A DNA stretch of 64,000 nt from Felis catus (taxonomy: Eukaryota). The stretch covers positions 92,504,001 through 92,568,000 of the forward strand of contig NC_058380.1 in NCBI RefSeq assembly GCF_018350175.1. The letters run 5' to 3'. The notes beneath the pieces are model-generated. The model was not told the origin of the DNA. It searched no databases and saw only the letters and a program-made list of their open reading frames with translations. Shown piece by piece: positions 1-11,538 of this stretch. Both the position numbers and the translations under genes were made by a program. How positions within the stretch are numbered: position 1 is the stretch's first letter; each line of letters begins with the position of its first letter.

Positions 1-300
1 GGGCTCCCTCCATCTTTCTCAGAGGCCCTCCTGGCAGGGGAGGTGGCCGGACCCCCACCCTGCAGTACGGCCTGGGGGCCCTGGACTCTGATGCTCTGAA
101 AGGTGTGGGTGGGAGCCCGGGGTGGGGGGGTCAGATGCCAGAACACGGGCCCCCCTTGGGCCCCCACATACTTGAATGTACAAGCATATTTATTGCTCAC
201 ACGTGTTTGCCCTGTTGTCAGTGGGTCCTTTCCAACCCAAGAGGTACATGGTTTTTTGTTTTTCCCAAAAAAATAAAGTCTGCCAAGTGAATGCTGTCGC
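1..300 (+). other. GPSM1: Probable 3' UTR end of GPSM1 with polyA signal AATAAA at 272-277
   Basis: AATAAA follows an AU-rich stretch (TGTACA/TATTTATT). Identity is inferred only from conserved gene order, since GPSM1 is convergent with DNLZ. No GPSM1 coding sequence is in the window. Confidence 0.55.
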
Positions 301-2558
301 CTCAGGGTTAGTGCTAAGGGTGCGGGGACGCTGGTCCTTTGGGAGGCCCCAGGTGGCCGACCTTACCTGGGGAAGCAAGCCCACGGCGGGGTGACCAGCC
401 AGTGGCGGCCAGCCACTTGGTGACAGGTTGACCCCGCCGTCCTCTGCTCTGGGAGGGGCCGTCTCGGTCCTAAGTGGACCACGTCACACGAAGCGCAGGC
501 ACCTTTCCAGTCCTGAGTCCCCACCGATGGAGGGCTGCGGCTCACCCGCCCAGGACCTGCTGGGGCCACGGAGCAAGGGAGGTGTGGGGCGCCCGGGACC
601 CCAGGCACCGCCGGCAGATGCGTGCCGGGCCGCGGTCTGTGGGGGTGCAACCGAGGAGCTGGCTTGGGGGTGACACCCCCACCCAACGGCTGTCATAAGG
701 CGCTGTGTCCCCAGGTGGAGAGATGCTGGGTTCGGGAGAGGCCTCGCTCACCAAACTCCCAGTGACCCGCTCGGCATGGGGCTCCCCCGTGACCACAGGA
801 GGCCTGACAGCGGGGGCAGGAGTGGGGGGTCAGGAGACCCTTGAGGGCGAGGGGGCACCGGGAAAGCAAAAGCTGGTCGGAGCTGCAGGGTGCCATCAGG
901 ATCTGCACCTGCAGGGGCCCCGGGGAGCTGTCACTAGAGCCCCCTGAACCAGTAGTTCTGGTGCTCCGGGAACCCCGGTGCCCTGACCAGGCTCTGCGGT
1001 CCAATAGCATGGGGTGCCATGCTGTCTCTCAGTGGCTCACATGCTAAAGGCTCCAAGGGCTGTGGTTTCCACAGGAAGCGACAGTGCAGGAAGCTTGAGT
1101 GGCTCTGGGAGTGGGGGCCGCCCCTGGTTGGCTGGTACCTGGCCATGGGGTGCACTCAGGGGCGAGTCTTTTCCCATCTCCAGGCACTAACCCTGGGAGG
1201 GGCAGTGCCCCCAGGGTCGGCAGGGCCCAGCCATCAAGCCTTAGAATACAGGAGGTGGAACGTATGGTCTATACCTATCTCCAGACCACAGATCTCAGTT
1301 TCCCCATCTGTGAAGGGAGGGACTGGCCTAGGCCGCCCTCCTGTGCCCGGCTCTGCACTGTCAGTCCGGCAGGCTCCCTGCCCGCCAACCCCCCTCCCGC
1401 CCCTGAACTTTGGTCTCAACCCTCTGGGGACAGTGAGCGGCTAGGCCCAGGCCCAGCCCTGCCTCCTGTGCCCGCGTCGGGGAGCAGCCCCCCTCCCCTG
1501 CCCGGGGGCTGGCTGAGCACCCAGGCCGGCAGTCTCCACAAACGGCACAGGAGGCACTGAGGGGGAATAATAGACGGTTGTCTGCCAGGGGAAAGACAGG
1601 GGGTAATCGAGTCAAAGCACAAAGTGTCAACGCCCCGCAGAACAATGACAAAGCTCCGGGCGCTGATGGGGGCGCAGAGTCAGGAGCCCGGATCCTGCCA
1701 GGATCTGTGAGACTGCGGCTGGTGATTAGTGGTGAAGGTCACGCTTCTGGAAATAAACACGCTTCGATCCCGAACGTGGGGCACACGGCCCCCCCGCCCG
1801 TCAGACAGCAGCCGACACTCCCACCCCCTCGCCCCCACGGCCACCCGGCTCAGCTGTGGCCACAGCGGGCGGCCTGATTTGCTGACTTCGTTTGGCCGGC
1901 AGCCAAGGGTCAGGGCTGAGGTCGGCGCTGGCTCCCGAGCGCTGTCCAGGTGTCGGGGGACGGCAGGTAGCACGGGAGGAAGGAAGGTCTGGAGAGCCGC
2001 CCTGTGTCTGGCCAGAGGGACAGGACCCACGGGGGGTGGGCGGGGTGCTGACCCTCCCCAGGAAGACCAGTGGCTGATCAGCCATCCCTTCTAGGCCTCC
2101 CCCAGACCCAGCAAGGCCGGAGCCGCGAGTCTGAGCCACCCCAGGCCTGTCCCAAATCTTGTCTTCCTGTCCTTTCACCTGACAGGGCATCACCGTTAGC
2201 GTCTTCATCTTCTGCTGGGAAGGCAGAGGTTCGGAGGGGCAAAGGGACCTGCCCAGGGCCACCCGGCCACGGCCCGGAGGGGCTCAGGCTCCCCATCCGG
2301 CCGCTTCCCACACGGACGCAGCTGGAAGCCGAGTCCTCTGTGCAGGGGGACAGGGGAGGGCCAGGGTCTTGCTGCTGCAGAAGGCCCTGGCCAGCAGCAC
2401 CTGGCGGGGCTCCTGGGAGTCGTTTCGGACTCCGGAACCAGGGACAACAAGAAGGCCCCAGGGCCCATCGTGTCCGAGTGATGTTTGTTTATTGACAGAA
2501 AACAGGCAGGTCCGGAAGGGCCCAGGGCTGAAGCATCTTCTTGAAGGCAGAGGCAGGG

Positions 2559-4255
2559 TCAGCTAGGTTCCGTCTTGCCAGGGTGAGTGGGATCCTGGTC
2601 CTCACTCGCTTCTGAAGCAGAGGTGGATTTGGGGTTCCCTGCAGCCTCTAAAACCAGCTCTAGGGCCCCATCGCCAGCCACTCGGCACACCTTCTCCCCT
2701 TTGGCCGCCAGGATTTCTTCGATATTCCTGAGAGACGAGGAGGCACCGTGACACTCCAGCCCAGAGTCCATCCCGTACCTTGGTCCTTCAGGGGAACCCC
2801 AAGGCCGGGCTCGAGCCAGGAATGTGGGTCCCCACACTGGTGTGCCATCAAGGGCCCTGCGTGCTGACCTGAGGGACCTCCAGAGCCCCCAGAGGAAGGT
2901 GCTGTTACCATCCCGTTGTTCACAAGTAGGACAGACACTCGCTCAGAAGCCGAACTGAAGTGCCCGGGGCCCCCGGCCAGGAGGATCCTGACCACTGCCC
3001 CCCACTGCTCTCCACAGGAGGGGTCCACACCGCCTCACACACGCCCCAGGTCTGGTGTGACCGACCAGCCAGCACTGGCAGAAGAGGAGCTAGGACCCTG
3101 CTGGGGAGCGGGCACTGCACAAAACTTTGCAGGGGAAGGAAGGAGCCACAGAATGAAAGGGAGTCACGGCTGCAAGAATCGCCTAGTCTGACCCCTCACT
3201 TTAGCGGGGGCCCAGAGCCCTGACACGTAACTGGGTCTTGCAGACCCCAAAGGCCACACCGGTGAGGGCAGAGGTCAGGCAGTGAAGCAGGACCAAAGCG
3301 GGCTGGTCTAGGGTGGAAAAGTTTAGCAAAGAAAAACACGTCTCTCCTGGGGACTTATGCCGAAGTTCCTTGTTCACCTGAAACTGAAACTTAACGGCTC
3401 CTCCTGCATTGACAAGGCTGGGGAAGTGGACTGGAAAGGCGCCCCAGGGAAAGGTGGGGCGGGGCTCCTGACCCACCAGGCCAGCCCTGGAACACAGGCC
3501 TCTGTCCCCCCACCCCTGTCCAGGCAGCCTCACCTCTTCCCATCCAGGTCTGAGAACCAGCCCAGGTTGTCGGCGATGATGTGGTGATTCTGGCAGCCGG
3601 GGCAGGTCACGATGACCACGCCCTGGTGATAGGCCAGCTTGGAGATGCGCTTGGAGGACCGAGTCCCACAGACCTGGGGGAGACCCGCAGCCCAGGTGAG
3701 TCCGAGTACTTGGCCCCGCCCCTCAAGGAAGACCCCGCCCCCTCTGAGGATGAACTCCATCCCTGGGCAGGGCCTGCCCTCTCCGGAAGGGCCGGCCCTT
3801 TCTGAGACAGCCCACCCCGATCCCGGAAAGGCCCCGCCCCTGGGAGATAACTCCACCCCTCCGCGCAGGCCCACCCCTCTCCTGGAAAGGCCCGCCCCCG
3901 AATGTAGCCTCACCTCTCTCCAGGAAAGAACCCGCCCCCCCCCCCGATAGCCCTGCCCCTTCATGCTGTCGTGCCGCGGGCACAGGGCACCTCTATCCCG
4001 CCGCGCCAGGCAGCCCCAGATGCAGACCCAGCCTTGCACCCGTTGCGCGCTCACCTTGCAAGTGTAGACAAGCTGGTAGTGCGCGGACCCGGGCCCCGGA
4101 GCCGAGCTCAAGCGCCGCCAGCCCCAGACCCCGGCCCGCCTTCTCCCCGCGGCCCCTGGGCCTGCCCCGCGTCCCCACAGCCACCTCAGGCCGGGCCCCC
4201 GGGGCCGCGTGCGGCTTAGCAGCGGCCCAACGCGGCCCAGCGCGGCCCGCAGCAT
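2559..4255 (-). CDS. DNLZ: DNL-type zinc finger protein (Zim17/Hep1 mitochondrial Hsp70 escort), 3 exons, 169 aa
   Basis: Exons 4255-4055, 3673-3534 and 2727-2559, all GT-AG, total 510 nt. Arg-rich presequence MLRAALGR..., zf-DNL motif YTCKVCGTRS...[26 protein letters not shown], then [13 protein letters not shown]. PolyA AATAAA on - at 2488-2493. Confidence 0.96.
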
Positions 4256-4460
4256 CCCGCCCTCCGACCTCGGTCTCCCGCCTTGCCCCGCCTTGCCCCG
4301 CCTCGCTGAGGCCACGCAGCCGCCATCTTGGAAGCGGGCACGCGACGGACGCGGCCCTTTCCGGCTTCCGTCTGCCGACGGGCAGGCTGTGCTCTACTGC
4401 CCCCTGGAGGCGGGAGGTGCACGCGCGGCTGGGAGGTACACGCGGGAGCGAAGCCACCAG
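4256..4460 (-). promoter_or_regulatory. DNLZ CpG-island promoter with YY1 and ETS/GABPA motifs and a CTCF-like site
   Basis: AAGATGGCGGC (-, 4319-4329), tandem CCGGAAA/CGGAAG (-, 4358-4370), CCTCCAGGGGGCAG (-, about 4397-4410). CpG dense. Confidence 0.6.
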
Positions 4461-4632
4461 AGGCGGCGGTGCTGGGACGGCAGTCCTTTATTTATGAAAC
4501 TGCATTTCTGACACTGCTGCACGCATCTGCGTCGCACAGACAGAGCACGCCTGTGCAAATCACGGTGCGTGGGCGCCGGCGTGCCTGCGCCCCTCGGGCT
4601 CGGCGCCCCGTCCTCCTCGCATGCCGGGCTGG

Positions 4633-7600
4633 CTAGGAGCCCTCCGTGTCGGTGTTGTCGCTGCCCGTGGTGTTCTCCCAGTCCGCCTCCCCCTGCCTCG
4701 AGCCGTGCTGCAGCTTTCTGAGGGCGCGCTTCCTGCAGGGGCGAGCGGGTGTCAGCAAGGCCGCAGCGCCCCTCCTCGGCCGGCTCTCCCGAAGCCCGCC
4801 TGGGGCCGCCAACCGCCCGCGCGGCGCACCTGCGGTAGTTCTCGAAGCTCTCCTTGAGGCGCCGCCGCTCCTTCTCCGGGGGCTCGCCGCCGCTCAGGCC
4901 GGCGTTCTGGGGGAGGAGAGCGGCTCAGGCTCCCAGGGGACCCCCCCCCCCGCCCCTGGGACACAGAGCCAGCCTGGCGCGGGCTCCAAGCCGGCGTCCC
5001 TTCTACGACAGCGCGCGGGGCCGCCTGCTCCCACCCAGAGCCGCACAGGAGACTGGCTTTCCGCGGCTGCCACGCCCTGGCCCGACCAGGCTGCTTCGTC
5101 CGGGAAGGGAGGACTAGGCTTCCTGTTTCCAACAGCGCACCCCAAGACCGCACTGGGCAGAGACCCTTGCAACCACCCCCAGGCATCCAGGTTGAACAGT
5201 CACCCTCCCTGGGCTCCGTCACACGGAAGCCCGTGTCGGGGGCATCCTAGGGCTGCAGGGACCCCTGCCCCCCCCCCCAGGAAGCCTTACGTTGGGGATC
5301 AGTGGAAGCGGTTCCTCCTGCAGAGCCTCAGGGGGCTGCTGTGGGCTGTCCCTGTTGGCGGGGCCACCTGGAATGGAGAGTTAGGCCTGTGGGTCCTAAC
5401 CAGCAGCTGGGACCACGCTTAGCATAGTCAACACCTGGCCACCTGCCCACCCCCGCTGCTTCTGGGTCAGTCCTGCATCATCTCCTGGGTCCTCACTCGG
5501 ACCCCTAGAGGTCTCCCATTGTGTAGATGAGGGGACTGGGGCTCAGAGATGTCACGCCCCACTCCTGACTCCCTCTAGGCAGGCAGAGGCTGCTGGAAGC
5601 CCACCAAACAGTGCCCCAGCATCCAACCCCTCTCCTCCAGGTTGGGGCCGGGTACTGCACCAGTTGGGAACAGAACGTTCCAGGCTGCCAGTTCCCCTCA
5701 GAATTTGTCAGGGCCTGCACGGGCCCAGGGCTCAGGACTCTCGAACAGAAGGTGCTCTGATGGGCTGGCTCCCCTAACTGGCCGTGATGGGAGACTGGAC
5801 ATCCAGTCTCAGCAACATCACAGGGGAAGAGGCCAGAGCCTGTGAAGGCCAGGCCTCTGACCCTGAAGCCCATCCTGACTCTTTCGAGGGGCCATGCCAC
5901 CCCTGGGTTGGGGCTCCCAGACCTCCCCCTAACACTCAGTGTCTGCTGGGTCCTGACCGCCTGCCCCCATGTTGGGACTGGCTCCGTGGCCTGTAGCTCA
6001 GGTCTCCGGGCAGCAGCAGGCTTCCCAGCTCCCTCACTTCTGCAGTGGCTGCTCCTCTTTCGCCTTCTTTGGAGGCCGGTGGCGAGGCCCGAGGCTGAGG
6101 ACGTCTGTCTGGCCTCCCGCACCACCCCTGAGGCGGCCCCTCCCCACCTCCCCTCTGACAGCCACGTTCAGAGAGAACCCCTTGAGCCCTCCTCACTCCT
6201 CCAGGCCGTCTCCCTGCTGCCCCTGTGCCTGGCCCTGAGATGGCCCACCTTCCCCGCTGTTTGCATCTCCTACACTGGACTTGTCCTGCCCCCTACCCAG
6301 GAAGACGCCGGGGGAGAGCAGAAGGCCACACTCTGCTTTCCGGACCCAGAGTGGTCTCCAATGGAGGGACGCGCTCTCAACATTGGAGATGGGGCATGGG
6401 CCCTGCACACGGGCTCTTGTCTGCTCGTTGGGGAGCCTGGAGGATTTCTCGTGCCTCTGAGCCTCAATGTCCCCAACCGTAAGGTCAGGTTGTGAAGATC
6501 AGTGGATGGGGCCGTGCGCGCCCAGGGTCAGGGCTGGTGCCAAGTCAGGGCGACGAGTAGGCCTTGGCCAGACTCGTCTGTGAGAGGCCGCTCCCCTCCT
6601 CACCTTTGTCTGACAGCCGGGTGGCCTCCAGGTCCGGGGGTAGCGAGAGCTTCCAGGGAGAGACAGGCATCCAGTTAGGTGGCCACCCTCCCGAGACCCA
6701 CCTCCCCTGCCCACCTCCCCTGCCGTGCCGCTCTTTGGCAACTGGGCAGGAAGGCCCCTCTGCCCTCCTAACGCCTGGGAGAAGAGCGGCTGGCCCAGCT
6801 CCCACAGGGGACCGTGGTCTGGCAGAGGCTGTGGCCCAGAGCCTACCCTGAGGTTCACACTCACGTCCTGGGAGTTCCTGGGTGAGCTGTCCTCCAGGTC
6901 AGAGCTCTGTGGTCACAGAGGAGGAGGCCATCAGCAGGACGTGGGGAAACGCAGTCACCCCCAGACATGGGGAAGCGTGGGGCACGGTGAGGGGCCCCAG
7001 GCCAGCCGCTGTGCTCCAGGGAGGTCCTCCTCTCCAGGCCACGACTGGCTCGGGCCCCTGCCCAGAACATCTCTCCCTCCCCCTCGTGCCACCCAGAATG
7101 GCCTGTCAGAACCTGAGCTGTGCCACACCCTGTACCCCACCAGGAGGAGGGCCCTTTGCAGAGGACGGAGGGGGCTCGGCAAGGCCGGGGATGCACCCCG
7201 ATCGCCGGCAGAGCAGTATCCGGGCCAGGGCCAGGGCCAGGGCCGTCCGGCGGCCCTTCCTGTGGGCCTGGGGTCTCTGGAGACACACTTGCCCCTGAGG
7301 GCCACTGCCCGCTGTCCTACGGTGGCTGCAGCTCTGCCCAGCGGGCGCTACGCAGGTCCCCAGCCCCCAGGAGACCCACCAGGACGAGCGTCTCCAGCTG
7401 CTGCCGCTTGAGCCTGCCCTCCAGGGCCAGCCGCTGGCCCTCGCACTGGAACAGCTGTAGCTGCAACTCGTCGGCCTTCTCGGCCAGCTCGCGGACCTGC
7501 TTTCGCAGTGCGTCCTTCTCCTGCAGGCTCCGAGAGTGCTGTGTGTGCAGCTCCTCCCGCGTGGCGATGGCCTGCGGGGATGGCAGGGGGCAGGCGCGGG

Positions 7601-8963
7601 GATGGCGAGGCCGGGTGCCTGGAGGCCCCGGTCCAGCCCCCGCCTCTCGGCCGGCCTAGGGTGGCGCTTGAGGGCTGGCTGGCGCAGGTAATAGGGGCTC
7701 ATGAAGGGAAGCGGAGGGCTCAGAAAAGGTGAAGCTGAAACCTGCAGCCTCCGTCTCAGAGCAGTCCCTGCCGACCCCCGTGCCCCGAGACTCCTCCCCG
7801 TGCGCGCATCCAGCACACGCTTCCGCCCCTTGCACGGCTTTCACTGGGTTGGCGTGGCTTGATGTCCGGAACGTGGGTGTTAGCGGCTGTGTTAACGTGC
7901 TGTACCGCGCCCGTCCCTCCGGGGGGACGTGCCGCACGTACAAACGCGGGACAGCCGGACCGCGCCTGAGGACACAGCTCTGACCCACCCGCAGCAGCAG
8001 CCAGCAGCCTGCCCGACGCCCACGGTGACCAGCCCGGCGCGGGGGCGGGCCCTACGGGAGTCACAACCGGTCTTCTGTCCGTACCAACAATCCAGGAAGC
8101 TAAACCACGTCCCCTGGAACGGTCGGCCCCCAACAGCCAGGACTTGATGGATCACCGAGAACTGCCATTTCTGTGCCTGCTTCCCACTTAGGACCAACCC
8201 GAGACAACCCTACCCACTCCCCTCGGCTGCCTGGCCCTAGTGTCCCTGGCTGACGGCCTGCCTCTGGTGGCTACGAGCTGTCCCCTCCTGAGCCCTGCTC
8301 CAGCAGTCCCCGCTGTGAGCTGGGCTGCCCCGCTTCCCACTGTGTCCAGCACCGGGGCACTGAGCTCTCTCCGCGTTACCGTCCTCCCTGTGGGAAACGT
8401 CTTCAGACGTGTAACTGCACAGTTAGGGGCTCCCAATAGAGGTGGCCGGTTACCCTCCAGAATGTCACCGGGGCACTGAGTGTAACTGATTAGAAAAGAC
8501 CCAGGTGACGTGATGGGAAGGTGGTGGGAAGCAGTGAGTGGACGCAGCCCCAGACGGACTTGCGCAGCTCCTGTTCCCAGGAGCGCGGCCAGCCAAGGTG
8601 TCCACGGTTTTTTAATTTAAAAAACTATTTGCCAATTACAATAGTTTGCGTTTTTGTTAACACAAAAACGAAACTATATGCACACCAAACAAAATCTGAA
8701 AGTACAACCCGCTGTGGGGTATGGGGTTCCCGGCAACAGGCGGGGGTGGCGGTGGGGGAAGGGGGTCACCTCGCTATCATTCACGTCTCTCAACGAGCAC
8801 GTATTGGTTTTGTTATTTAAAAGCACTCTGATATCGGGGTGCCTGGGGGGGCTCAGTCGGTTAAGCATCCAACTCTTGATTTTGGCTCAGGTCGTGATCT
8901 CACAGTTCGTGGGTTCAAGCCCCACATGGGGCTCTGTGCTGACAGCGTGGAGCCTGCTTGGGA

Positions 8964-9003
<40 letters not shown>

Positions 9004-11538
9004 GTCTGTCCCTCCCCCACTCGTGCTCTCTCAAAATAAGTAACTAAACTTAATAAAAAGGAAGAAAAGGCACTCTGACAACTGCCCTCCCCTAAAACCC
9101 CCTGCCCTGGAGGCCACACGACCCGGAGCGACCCTTGCCGCGCCCTCGCCCGCAGGCGTCCTGGCAGGTGGGAGACGGCACCTACTTGGTCCCTCTCGGA
9201 GGCGACCTCTTCCATCTGCTGCAGGACGGCCGCGATGCGGTCCTTGTACATCTCGCAGTCCTTCCGTAGGGCCAGACACTGCAGCTCGAACACCTCCTTC
9301 TCCTCCACGCACTACGGGAGCCAGCCGCTAGCCCCCACCGCCCGCGCCCGCCCCCGCCGCCGCCCCTGCCCGTCCCCTGGTCAAGCCCAGCTGGGTCCCT
9401 GCAGGCCCTCAGCTTCCAGACTGGCCTGGGGCAGAGGAGGCCAGGCCCCCGCGCCTCCGTCCCAGGGAAGGAGTGAGGTAGGGGGGCTGTGCAGCTGAGT
9501 GCACACGGGGCAGCCCCCCAAGCTCACCCAGCCGGCCCCAGCTGTGTACCCGGGCGCGCAGAGCCTCGCCCTGTCGCAGATCCTTGCGCAGGGACAGGAT
9601 GGTGTTGGCTTTCTCCTGGTGCTCCCGCAGCGCCTGCCTCCAGTCCGCCTCCAGCACCTGGATGTACGGGCTGCTCTTGTCCGGCGTTCCTTCCTGCGGG
9701 CGGCGAAGGGGAGAGAGCGGCAGGGAAGCGGCCGGGCTTCAGGGGGGCCCTACTCTCCGCACCGCACCGGCGTCCTGCCAGGCGCCCCCCACCCGGGGCC
9801 CCCAGCTCCTGCTTGCACCCCCCACCCGCAAGGGGCCCCCAGTCCCGCGCATGCCACCCCCACCGGGGGCCCCCTAGTCCCGCGTATGTCTCACCCACAC
9901 CGGCAGGGGGGCCCCCAGTCCCGCGCCTGCCCCGCCCACACCCGCGCATTGGCCTCCAGTCCCGCGCCTGCCCCGCCCACGCCCGCGCATTGGCCTCCAG
10001 TCCCGCGCCTGGCCCTCCCGCACCCGCGCATTGGCCTCCAGTCCCGCGCCTGCCCCGCCCACACCCGCGCTTTGGCCTCCAGTCCCGCGCCTGCCCCGCC
10101 CACACCTGCGCGGCGGCCTCCAGCTCCTGCACGCGCGCCTGCAGCAAGGCCTTCTCCTGCTGCAGCTCCCACAGCAGCTCCTGGCTGGGCCGCTGCTCCA
10201 TGGCGTGGCGGAGCTTCAGCGTGTGTCTGCGCTCCACCCTGCAGTCGTCCTCCGCCTTCATGAGGCTGTGCTTGAGCCGCTCAATCTAAGGGAGACCCTG
10301 TCAGCCCTCCGGCCGCACCGTGCCCGGCACCCCCCCCCCCCCGCCCCGCTGCTCCGCAGCCGCGGGGAGCCCAGGCACCTCCAGCTGCAGGTCGCGGGTC
10401 CGCATGAGCGCGGCGCCCTTCTCCTCGCTCTGGCGGGCCAGGCGCATGGCCAGCTCGTAGTTCTCGTCCTTGCAGCGCTTGAGCTCGCGGCTGCCCGCCT
10501 CCAGCTCCTCCTTGAGCCGCTGCACGCGCTCCTGGTGCTTGCGCAGCAGGCTGTCCTTCACCCGCAGCTCCTTGATGAGGTCGTCCTTGGAGCTCAGCAG
10601 CTGCGTCAGGTCCTGAGCCTTCCTCTGCAGCTTCAGCACCTCGCTCATCAGCAGCTGCGTCAGGCCCGACTCCCCGGATGCGTCTGCGGACGGCCGCATC
10701 AGAGGGCCCGCCTGGTCCCCCGCCGCACCGCCTCCTGGCCCCTGGGCTTGAGGACCAGCCCCCCCCCCACCGGCCCCCTCCGGGGACGCACACCACCCCA
10801 AGGCGCTGGTGTTCCCCGTGGAGGAAGCAGGCTGAGATCCTGACTCTCCCCCAGGCAGGCAGGCGCTGGGCTCCGGCAGGGTCAGCACGGGTCTGTCTTT
10901 CCTCCACCAGAGTGAGAAGCAGCGGCACAGAGCCCCGATGCCGGCACTCCCGTGTGCCCCTCAACGCTTCCTTCTGTCCCCAGTTCATCCCTCGGGAGAC
11001 GAGCCATCGGGCCTGTCGGCGAGGGCCCCAGGCCTCACCGATAATCATGGAGAAGACACGGGTGGGCTCCTTGCCGGTGACCTTCTTGTACAGCTGCGGG
11101 TAGTAGAGCTCCAGGCTCTCGAGGAAGGCCACGTAGCCCTTGTGGCCGGTCCGCTGCAGGATGTCCAGGAGCACGCCTGAAAGCACGTGCCCTGGGCGCT
11201 GAGCTGCCGTGGGCCGGGTCCCATCGGGGCCCGTCTGCCGCCCACCCGGCCGGCTCGCCCGCAAGTGCCACAGCCCCCCCGCAGACGGCCGTGGGTACGT
11301 GGGTGGGGGGGTTTAGCGGGGGAGGGGCGCGCTCCCGGCTGAGGCAGCACTGACCCACTTTCCGCTTGCGGATGACCAGGTTGGGGTCACTGAGCACCTG
11401 CTCCTCGTCATCGGGGTTCAGCACCTTGCACTGCCGCAGGTAGGGCGTGATGCGTGAGGGGTCGATGACGGAGATGAGCTTCACGCGGAAGCTCTCCAGG
11501 GCGCTCCAACACTCGTCCTCGTTCTCGTAGTCCGACAT
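4633..11538 (-). CDS. CARD9: Caspase recruitment domain-containing protein 9, 12 coding exons, 536 aa
   Basis: Coding exons 11538-11355, 11176-11039, 10683-10379, 10285-10106, 9693-9550, 9311-9186, 7571-7380, 6906-6865, 6649-6604, 5367-5291, 4906-4830, 4732-4633; total 1611 nt. N-terminal [53 protein letters not shown], coiled coil, C-terminus [14 protein letters not shown]. PolyA AATAAA on - at 4487-4492. Confidence 0.97.
8836..9065 (+). mobile_element. CAN-SINE (tRNA-derived carnivore SINE) in a CARD9 intron
   Basis: GGGGTGCCTGG..GCTCAGTCGGTTAAGCATCC head, (CT)n tract and A-rich tail. Imperfect TSD AAAG(G)CACTCTGA on both sides. Confidence 0.9.
9840..10123. repeat. 41-bp minisatellite, about 5 good copies plus 2 degenerate, overlapping the CARD9 exon 5 donor
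   Basis: Unit CAGTCCCGCGCCTGCCCCGCCCACACCCGCGCATTGGCCTC starts at 9916, 9957, 9998, 10039 and 10080. Confidence 0.9.

Noticed and set aside
300-2480. Numerous short ORFs between GPSM1 and DNLZ
   Set aside because: They show no splice-consistent or recognisable coding signal and are expected by chance at this GC content. Only a small MIR-like remnant is visible near 1290-1320.
8836-8920. tRNA-like A/B-box sequences in SINE heads
   Set aside because: These are tRNA-derived CAN-SINE heads followed by SINE bodies and tails, not tRNA genes.
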